From Urechidicola sp. (GTDB lineage: Bacteria > Pseudomonadota > Gammaproteobacteria > GCA-001735895), in contig JBLILW010000002.1 of the NCBI GenBank assembly GCA_047638435.1, positions 1-34,359 on the forward strand: 34,359 nt of DNA. Reading direction: 5' to 3'. This document shows, one piece after another, positions 1-7,394 of the stretch (within the stretch, counting starts at the first letter, position 1; every line of letters starts with the position of its first letter). Position numbers and translations under genes: made by a program. The notes beneath the pieces are model-generated. The model ran no database searches and had not been told where the DNA came from. It saw only the letters and a program-made list of their open reading frames with translations.

Positions 1-206
1 TAATATATATTAATATATAATGTATATTATTTAAAATCAAACCCACATCTGCGCCACAACAGTTCATTGTTTAATTCATTAGACATTATTAATTTTGTGC
101 CAAGTTTAATTCAATAAATATGGTGGCATTATTAAATACCAGTGGTAAAAGAATCAAATTCTGAAATTGATAAAGTGACTAGTCGCAGAAATGGTTAGAT
201 TCATAT

Positions 207-1772
207 CTACTCACTAATCGAATGAAAATCCCCAGAATGAATTCGGTCAGCATTTCTGACTGACCACAGAGGGATTAACCCTTGCGCAATCATCTTGCCC
301 GCCCCCGAATCAGTTAGTGGTATTTCGGCGCAGGGTTTAACCTGGGTTTGACCTGCTTGCTCAAAATAATGAACGGGTAAATCTTCCGCAGTCATCGCAT
401 TGGCATAATTCATGTCCCACCCACTGGTTAGAAATGTCCTCGCGATTTGTTCTGCTTTGAGGAAAGCGGGGTTTCCCCATAGATAGTCATTATGGTTGGG
501 ATGATCTGGCATTTCTTCGAATGCAAATGCGGTGACAGGTATTGTTTTGTTGCCATATGGCATGCGCAGTAAAAATCGGGGTAACGCGAGGCTGATGGAT
601 TTAGCGACGGATGATTGACGCAGTAATGTCCAGGCTTGCTTGCTCGATTGATAAGCTTCATTTTGCCAATCCCCCACTTTGGGTGTTGTTGCAAAAGATG
701 GGCAGCCGATTAAACTTTCATTGGCTGCAGCTATAAAATGAGCGCCAGCTTTCTGGGCAATTAGGCCGATCTGCGATAGTCGTAACATGTCTTCGATGTC
801 GGCACCAAAACGGTAGTCACCGATAATTAAGTTCCAATTGATATCGTTAGCTGGGCCATCGCAAAACTGTTGATACAACTTTGATTGAGTGACATCATCG
901 GCGGCGAGATCGGCAGCCAATTCATCATTATTAATATCAAATAAGTAGAGCTTAACGGCCTTCCCACCTCGAATTCTCTTGACCACAAAATAGACACTTC
1001 GCCATAACGATTCAAGCGCCTGAAATTTTGGGTGATGCAATATATTGCGCATTTGCTGGGCTATGATAGCGTCGACAGAGGCGACAAGTTCATCTTGGCG
1101 TGAATCACGTGAGAGGGTTTTGCGGGTGCCAATTGTCTGCCGAATAAAGACATCAACCAGTGATTTTGTTTTTGAGTTGGTGGTCGATAGCGTTTCATCT
1201 ACGTTCTGTTCTAATTGTCCTGTGGTTTCATCCATGATTGAATCGATCAAACTAACGCCTGGCTCTATTGGCGATGGGGCTACTGATTTTGGTTGCTTTG
1301 AATCTTTTGGCACTTCGCTTGGTGCCACTTTATCTGTGGCAGCTTTCTCAGGCAAGTCCATTTCGAGCATGGCTTGTTTAAAAGTCGCAGGATTATTTAA
1401 ACGCTTGCGTAAATCTCGAAGGTGACTGAAAACGGGCATATTTTTGTAAAGGCTGCCAGGTTGAAAGTCCTTCAATGACTCCAGTGATAGGTTGATATTG
1501 TTCTCATCGGAGGAGGAGGCTTGGCCAGAATCATCCATTGACAGTGATAAGCGCGGTGCCAAAGATTGCAGTATTTCGTCGAAATTGAAACGGTCGATGG
1601 CTATAAAATTGCGATCGCTGATATTAGAATTGTCGATGCTGTTACTAAAGTCCCCCATCATAGCGATAGAGAAACACGCATCTTGCTGCGTCTGTAAATC
1701 GACATCGCCATCTTCACTCTGAGCGTTTATATTCATTGAAAAACTGAATGGTAGATTTTTAGAATTAGACAT
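207..1772 (-). CDS. TssB(VipA)-like + TssC(VipB)-like fused contractile-sheath-domain protein with a short C-terminus
   Basis: Uninterrupted 521-aa ORF. Residues ~33-125 follow the TssB landmark order: MMGDFSN; FIAIDRFNFDEIL; LSLESLKDFQPGSL; HLRDLRKRL. These compare with my memory of V. cholerae VipA: VVGDFKG; VSVDKNNFEAVM; LNFKSLADFAPDAV; LIELREAL. A Pro/Lys/Ser-rich linker follows. Residues ~175-521 then follow the TssC landmark order: SLIDSIMDET; ILHHPKFQALESLWRSVYFVV; LALPRFLLRMPYG; DYLWGNPAF; EDLPVHYFE; GLIPLWSVRN. The ORF ends where VipB reads ..SIQKP and then continues. Confidence 0.6.
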   Translation of the reverse strand: MSNSKNLPFSFSMNINAQSEDGDVDLQTQQDACFSIAMMGDFSNSIDNSNISDRNFIAIDRFNFDEILQSLAPRLSLSMDDSGQASSSDENNINLSLESLKDFQPGSLYKNMPVFSHLRDLRKRLNNPATFKQAMLEMDLPEKAATDKVAPSEVPKDSKQPKSVAPSPIEPGVSLIDSIMDETTGQLEQNVDETLSTTNSKTKSLVDVFIRQTIGTRKTLSRDSRQDELVASVDAIIAQQMRNILHHPKFQALESLWRSVYFVVKRIRGGKAVKLYLFDINNDELAADLAADDVTQSKLYQQFCDGPANDINWNLIIGDYRFGADIEDMLRLSQIGLIAQKAGAHFIAAANESLIGCPSFATTPKVGDWQNEAYQSSKQAWTLLRQSSVAKSISLALPRFLLRMPYGNKTIPVTAFAFEEMPDHPNHNDYLWGNPAFLKAEQIARTFLTSGWDMNYANAMTAEDLPVHYFEQAGQTQVKPCAEIPLTDSGAGKMIAQGLIPLWSVRNADRIHSGDFHSISE

Positions 1773-1795
1773 TAAGTGCCTCGATGTAAAAAATA

Positions 1796-2437
1796 TTAAA
1801 CAAAAATAATCGTAGATAATAGGGACTGGCCGATATTCCAGACATGACTAAAAATTGGGACGCCCATTAAGTTAAGCAAAACGAGTCCTAATAGTGCATA
1901 GGAACCGTATCGCTCGTTGTAATGGTAATAACGTTGCGCCAACTTTCGAGGTAGAAAATAGGGCAAAATGTAATGTCCATCGAGTGGCCCAATCGGGATT
2001 AAGTTGAATAGCATGAGTAGTAAATTAATGAGCGCTAGATAGGTGAAAAAAAACTGTGCCCCTTGTCCAGCAAATAGTCCCCAGTCGGCTTGAAGGCCAA
2101 TCAGGTAAACATTGATCGTGACGATAGCCAGTATTAGGTTCATCCCGGGTCCCGCTGCGGCGACGAATAAAACGCCCCAGAAAGACTTGTAGTTTGCCGG
2201 GTTGGTAGGCACGGGTTTGGCGTAACCAAATCCAATGAGGACAACCATCAGTAGCCCCATTGGGTCTATATGTGCGATAGGATTTAACGTTAGACGGCCC
2301 GCTTTCTCTGCAGTATTGTCACCGTACAACTTGGCGACAATGCCATGCCCGTATTCATGGAAGGTGAGTGATATAATCAAAGCAGCGATGATTGAAATGA
2401 AAAGCAAATATTGCTGTTCAGCTAAAAGTTGAAGCAT
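1796..2437 (-). CDS. site-2 protease family (peptidase M50) membrane metalloprotease
   Basis: 213-aa polytopic ORF. It has HExxH in the first hydrophobic segment (FHEYGHGIVAKLYGD) and a later NLIPIGPLDGHYIL motif typical of M50. Its stop lies 23 nt upstream of the start of the next same-strand gene. Confidence 0.85.
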   Translation of the reverse strand: MLQLLAEQQYLLFISIIAALIISLTFHEYGHGIVAKLYGDNTAEKAGRLTLNPIAHIDPMGLLMVVLIGFGYAKPVPTNPANYKSFWGVLFVAAAGPGMNLILAIVTINVYLIGLQADWGLFAGQGAQFFFTYLALINLLLMLFNLIPIGPLDGHYILPYFLPRKLAQRYYHYNERYGSYALLGLVLLNLMGVPIFSHVWNIGQSLLSTIIFV

Positions 2438-3342
2438 TTAAAAACCTGCGGTTTAAAGTGAACGGCCTTAATGTGGGTGACCCAAAAGGTTTAAGGCGTA
2501 TGGGTTGCAAGCATACTGTTAAATTTAAGGCCTGCCTATCAAAACCACATGACTCAAGATTGAGCGTTACAGTCGATAAATGATTCTGTACCTGAATGAT
2601 CAATTAAATTGAAGTGATTACAGCTGAACGCAAGTGTTAACGAGAACTATTATTTTATGAAGAAAGGGATATAAGTCGTTGAAATTAAAAATAAATAGCT
2701 ATCTTTTAGAGGGCGCACGGAATCATCTACCTATCGGTCTAACTTTTGAGTATTGAAATGACTTTGGTCAGATTCGTTAGATCGGTTCAATGTTTAGTGC
2801 TAGTTGGAAAAAACATACTAGGGTGTAATTCTAGTGTCACAAGACCTGATAAAACGATGCAAACGATCTATTCGCCTCCAATTTCAAAATAGAATACTGG
2901 ATAGCCAATATACAGAGAATCAAACTCTAGCCAGAGGGCATTTGGTCATGCTGGCTTTTGAAGTATGACAATAGAACGGCTTTTATCTTATTGGTTCGAT
3001 GTTCTAATTGTTAATGATTCGACGTTGGTGGTTGTGATTAGTTTACGAAAAGTCGTCAGCGCACTTGATGAGCTGGACATGGATTCGAGTGTCAGTATAG
3101 CCAGTTAGACCATGTTAATTTTTAAACGGATAACAGTGAAGCCGAAGGTCATAGTCAAAAGTCTAATTTTGGTGCCAGTAACTCCCCAACGGATAATACA
3201 CAATTCAGTTAGCGTTAATCCAGTCAGACCTTACCAAGCAATGCCTGGCCCAGTAATGTCAAAGCTGGCGCCAGAAATAATCGATGCTACAAAGTTTTCT
3301 AGTAGTCAAACTTCGGACATGGAGCTTCCATATTAAACTCAA

Positions 3343-3888
3343 GTGAATTCAGATGAGTCAATGGCTCCTGAGAGCTTTATCAAAAAAACCAAAGATCAAG
3401 CGAAGAAAATCATTACTCTCTTGAGTAGAGATAACACCGATAAAATTGCGGTTGGTCTATATAGGTCAACTGCAATAGAAAGTGAGTCTTTATCTATGCT
3501 GGTTATCGAGATTGATGGGCTTTCCAGATTGAGGGAGTTCGATGGTGATCCTGACGCTTATAAGGTGTTTACTTCAATCGTGAGGTATATTTTCTCCAAA
3601 ATCGATAAAGAGACAGATATTCTGGGATGCTATGGTCGAAATTAATTAAGTGTGTTGATGCCAAAAGTTGGCATGAATGCAGCAAAGAAATTTGCTGTAA
3701 TAATTCGTCAACGAGTTCAATTGGTTAAATATAAAACAGCCAATGGTGAAAAGAGCGCAATTCTAAGCATTGGTATCGCAGCCATTAAAGACGATATAGG
3801 CGATTATAACGCTATGTTAAAACGAGCAGATATGGCGCTATTTGTGGCCAGGAAAAACGGGCGGAATTGTGTCAAAGTTCGATTATAA
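3343..3888 (+). pseudogene. degenerate GGDEF-domain gene interrupted by an in-frame TAA
   Basis: ORFs 3343..3645 and 3652..3888 are in the same frame and are separated only by the TAA at 3643..3645. Joined, they read ..ILGCYGRN*LSVLMPKVG..ILSIGIAAI..MLKRADMALFVARKNGRNCV, which is a GGDEF-domain layout. The signature is G-R-N-stop-L instead of G-G-D/E-E-F. Confidence 0.65.
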
Positions 3889-4146
3889 CTTCGGTTGATT
3901 TGCCGGGTGGCATACTGGTTAATATGAAACGCATGTAGCCTTAAAAATTATTGCTAGTTTGGTTTACTTACTATAGGTTAGGAAATTGAGTCCGGTGTAT
4001 ATCTATCACTGCCCTTACAATCATATCGATTAAATGAAGTAATTATTTTTACGCACTAGATCATGCTTGCCAGCATTAATCGGTAAGTCTATGGACTAGG
4101 ATTCTGTCAGACTCCCAATGTCTCCAATATAGCGAAAAGGTTTAAT

Positions 4147-4803
4147 ATGCAGGACAAAGATTGGCTAATTCGTTGGCAACAAAACCAAATCGGTTTTCAT
4201 GATACTGAGGTGAACAGCCACTTAAAACGGTATATATCGGATAGTGATTTAAAGCCTGGAGACATTATATTTTTACCACTTTGTGGCAAATCTGCTGATA
4301 TTACTTGGCTAGCAGAGCAGGGCTTTCAGGTAATTGGGATCGAATTGTCGGCGATTGCTATCGAGTCTTATTTTTCTGAGCAAGGGTTACATTATGAGCA
4401 GCTAGAGTCAGGCTCATTCATTGCTCGAGTGAGTGGCAATATCCGTCTATTAGAGGGCAACTTCTTTGATTTACAGCGGGAAGACTTAGCCAATTGTAGT
4501 CTGGTTTATGATCGAGCGGCGTTAATTGCACTCGACGAACCAACTCGAACCCGATATGCCAAATGGATGCAGTCGATCATGGGTGACAAGGCAGATATGT
4601 TGCTTGTCACGTTATATTATAATCAATTAGAAATGAATGGACCACCGTTTGCGGTTGGGACAAATGAGGTGACGCAACATTATGGGCCGACATTCCAGGT
4701 TGATATTATGCTGCAAACAGAAATAGTGGATGATTCTCCGCGCTGGCGTGCAAAAGGGTTATCTTCGTTAGTCGAGAGTGTTTACCAATTGGGCAAAAAG
4801 TAA
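4147..4803 (+). CDS. tpm: thiopurine S-methyltransferase family (bacterial Tpm, Se/Te methyltransferase)
   Basis: 218 aa. The N-terminus W..RWQQNQIGFH, then PLCGKSADITWLAEQGFQVIGIELSAIAIESYF (the SAM-binding loop) and YDRAALIAL are all typical of TPMT-family proteins. Confidence 0.85.
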   Translation: MQDKDWLIRWQQNQIGFHDTEVNSHLKRYISDSDLKPGDIIFLPLCGKSADITWLAEQGFQVIGIELSAIAIESYFSEQGLHYEQLESGSFIARVSGNIRLLEGNFFDLQREDLANCSLVYDRAALIALDEPTRTRYAKWMQSIMGDKADMLLVTLYYNQLEMNGPPFAVGTNEVTQHYGPTFQVDIMLQTEIVDDSPRWRAKGLSSLVESVYQLGKK

Positions 4804-5624
4804 TGAGTATGAAGTTTCAAGGGTGTCTACATAAAATGCATTCACAGCCCGGATCTCCAGTCAGCTATCAGTTAGAGCTATCAGATCAAACCCTTGTGCT
4901 GAATGATTTGCTTGGGAAGACAATTCGAATCGAGTATTTACAAAATATCGAATGCATACATTGTGGCCGTGCAATGAAAAAGAGTTTTAATCAGGGGTTC
5001 TGTTATCCCTGTTTCAGGAGTTTAGCGCAGTGTGATCTCTGCATTATGTCACCTGAAAAATGTCACTATCATCTAGGAACTTGCCGCGAACCTGAGTGGG
5101 GTGTCCAATTTTGTATGAAACCACATATTGTTTACCTCTCCAATACATCTGGGGTCAAAGTTGGCGTCACTCGAGAAACCCAAATTCCAACCCGTTGGAT
5201 CGACCAGGGTGCGAGGCAGGCGATGCCAGTTTTGAAAGTATCAAAACGTTATTATGCGGGTTTGATTGAAACTGCATTCAAACAATTCCTGAACGATAAA
5301 ACCAATTGGCGCACCATGCTCAAGAATGAGTTTGAGCCAGTTGATTTGCTTGAAGTATTTGATCGGTATTGGCCAGAAGTTCAGGCTGGACTTGATGATG
5401 ACATTAAGTCCGACCTGGAAGTAGTGGCCAAGGCGGATGCGATTCAGCAATTTGAGTTTCCAGCGAATTGTTACCCTACTAAGATTAGCAGCTTTAATCT
5501 GGATAAAAATCCAGTCGTAGAGGGTCGACTGGATGCAATAAAAGGCCAGTATTTGATCATGGATACCGGCGTGATTAATATTCGAAAGTATTCAGGTTAT
5601 CTGGTCAGTTTAGAGGCTCAATAG
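4803..5624 (+). CDS. DUF2797-type Cys-rich protein of unknown function
   Basis: 273 aa. Motifs seen: CIHCGRAMKKSFNQGFCYPCF, CDLCIMSPEKCHYHLGTCREPEWG, VYLSNTSGVKVGVTRETQIPTRWIDQGA, DKTNWRTMLK. These match my recollection of DUF2797. The ATG overlaps the tpm stop (TAATG at 4801..4805). Confidence 0.65.
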   Translation: MSMKFQGCLHKMHSQPGSPVSYQLELSDQTLVLNDLLGKTIRIEYLQNIECIHCGRAMKKSFNQGFCYPCFRSLAQCDLCIMSPEKCHYHLGTCREPEWGVQFCMKPHIVYLSNTSGVKVGVTRETQIPTRWIDQGARQAMPVLKVSKRYYAGLIETAFKQFLNDKTNWRTMLKNEFEPVDLLEVFDRYWPEVQAGLDDDIKSDLEVVAKADAIQQFEFPANCYPTKISSFNLDKNPVVEGRLDAIKGQYLIMDTGVINIRKYSGYLVSLEAQ

Positions 5625-5628
5625 ATCG

Positions 5629-6348
5629 CTAGTGCCAGCTCACTATGGGTTGAGACTGATAAAATTCTATTAGCTGACGTACTTGTGCAGGATATTCATG
5701 CTCGTCAATGTCTTTCATGCTTTGATTAAAGAACCCAGCGGCCTCGTTGGGTAAATAAACTAGCATTTCATCAAAGGCCTGTTTCATGATCTCTGGGTTA
5801 TGTGTGCGTGTCGCCACTATCGCTCGATTGAAATGTAGCAATCGCCATGGCCTATTAGGGTCGGATGAGTTTTTGTCTTGCCTTATCTCAAGCGAGCAAG
5901 CTTCAACTACTTTACTCATTAAGTCAGATAAATTAATCAGGGAAGCCTTGTCTTGCAATAAATTAGCGAGCTGGGCAAGGGCATTTACGACCGGTTCTGG
6001 GTGATTAATCTTGCCATTGTATCGCACTATCCAGTGTGCAAATATGAGCGAGACTTGCTCGACCTCCTTTCGCTTGTGTGGCAAGTCAAGACGTTCCATT
6101 AAATCGATTAGCTTGAGTAATAGAATAAAACCATGCTCGCCAATGTCTGTTGCTTCTTGCTTGGCGATCACTTGTTCTTCTTTGGATTTGATATTGATGG
6201 TGGCGACGACATCAAAAAATTGATCGAAATCAGTCATTAATCGGGTGAGCGCCTTTTGATAAGCATCGTCCAGGTACTCTTCTAGATCAGCCGGTAGTGT
6301 CGCAAGATGGTTTTTCGCATCCTTCATTGAGCCGATTGAACTAGTCAT
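5629..6348 (-). CDS. hypothetical protein (no family recognised)
   Basis: 239-aa ORF with helical-looking composition. It lies 50 nt downstream of pyrD on the same strand and is convergent with the DUF2797 gene, 4 nt between the stops. Both opposite-strand ORFs inside it are shorter. Confidence 0.5.
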   Translation of the reverse strand: MTSSIGSMKDAKNHLATLPADLEEYLDDAYQKALTRLMTDFDQFFDVVATINIKSKEEQVIAKQEATDIGEHGFILLLKLIDLMERLDLPHKRKEVEQVSLIFAHWIVRYNGKINHPEPVVNALAQLANLLQDKASLINLSDLMSKVVEACSLEIRQDKNSSDPNRPWRLLHFNRAIVATRTHNPEIMKQAFDEMLVYLPNEAAGFFNQSMKDIDEHEYPAQVRQLIEFYQSQPIVSWH

Positions 6349-6398
6349 TGAATTGCTCCCGTTCGGATTCCTTAAGTGGATTACAGGTACTATATAGT

Positions 6399-7394
6399 CT
6401 AAATCGCGTGTAATACCTCTTTTACTAACCCTGGGCCACGATAAATGAGACCAGAATAGAGTTGTATTAGTTTTGCCCCGCGATCGAAACGCTCTTTTGC
6501 CTCGGCTGCTGAACTAATGCCGCCAACCGAAATGATGGGGATTTCATCTTGAAGTGCGCGATGAAATTCACTGAGCATATGGCGTGACTTTTGTGTCAGC
6601 GCATCACCACTTAAACCACCGGCTTCTTTGGCTATTGGATGTCCCGATACCTGAATACGATCGATCGTTGTGTTGTTAGCGATGAGACAATCGATGTTAT
6701 GTTTACGAAGCAAGTCTGCAATGCCAGGAATCGCTTTGTCGTCGAGATCGGGCGCTACTTTGAGTGCTATTGGGCGATTAACCTGATGTAAGTCCTCTAA
6801 TTCCATGCGGGTTTGGCTAATGCCATAAAGCAATGAATCGAGGGCTTCTTCACTTTGCAAACCTCGCAATCCAGGCGTGTTGGGTGATGATATATTGACG
6901 GTAATGTAATCGGCCTGTAGATACACTTTTTGCATCGCGAGGCGATAGTCATCGAGAGCGTTGTCGACGGCAGTACTTAGGTTTTTACCGATGTTGATAC
7001 CTAAAACGTAAGGTTTCGGTTGCGCTGGCACCTGCTTAACCAGGTAGTCTACGCCTTTGTTGTTAAAGCCCATGCGGTTGATGATACTGCGATGGCGAGG
7101 CAGTCTGAATAGGCGAGGCCTTGGATTTCCTTCCTGCGGTTTGGGTGTTACCGTCCCGGCTTCTATAAAGCCGAATCCCAGCTTGCTTAAGCCGGACAAG
7201 TAGTCGGCATTTTTGTCTAGTCCAGCTGCCAGTCCGACCGGATTAGGAAAATCGAGTCCCATCACAGTGACTGGTTTTTCGACCCGAGTTTGCGGTATTA
7301 AAGCATGAAATTGATTCAGCATCTCGAGGCTGATTTCATGGGCTAGCTCTGCGTCGACAGAAAATAAAATGGGTTTAAGTAACGAGTAAATCAT
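6399..7394 (-). CDS. pyrD: dihydroorotate dehydrogenase (quinone), class 2
   Basis: 331 aa. Motifs seen: LLKPILFSVDAELAHE, GLAAGLDKNADY, GFIEAGTVTPKPQEGNPRPRLFRL, NRMGFNN, NISSPNTPGLR, GGLSG. This is the classic PyrD pattern. Confidence 0.95.
   Translation of the reverse strand: MIYSLLKPILFSVDAELAHEISLEMLNQFHALIPQTRVEKPVTVMGLDFPNPVGLAAGLDKNADYLSGLSKLGFGFIEAGTVTPKPQEGNPRPRLFRLPRHRSIINRMGFNNKGVDYLVKQVPAQPKPYVLGINIGKNLSTAVDNALDDYRLAMQKVYLQADYITVNISSPNTPGLRGLQSEEALDSLLYGISQTRMELEDLHQVNRPIALKVAPDLDDKAIPGIADLLRKHNIDCLIANNTTIDRIQVSGHPIAKEAGGLSGDALTQKSRHMLSEFHRALQDEIPIISVGGISSAAEAKERFDRGAKLIQLYSGLIYRGPGLVKEVLHAI

Noticed and set aside
2704-2718. TTTTAGAGGGCGCAC, which resembles the right terminus of the repeat element (TTTTAGAGGCACCC)
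   Set aside because: It is a single ~14-nt partial match with no adjacent core homology. It could be chance, so I do not report it as a third copy.
3112-3336. 74-aa + strand ORF in the ORF-poor region upstream of the GGDEF remnant
   Set aside because: It has no motif and no obvious RBS, and its composition looks like random AT-rich sequence. It is more likely part of an eroded or non-coding stretch.
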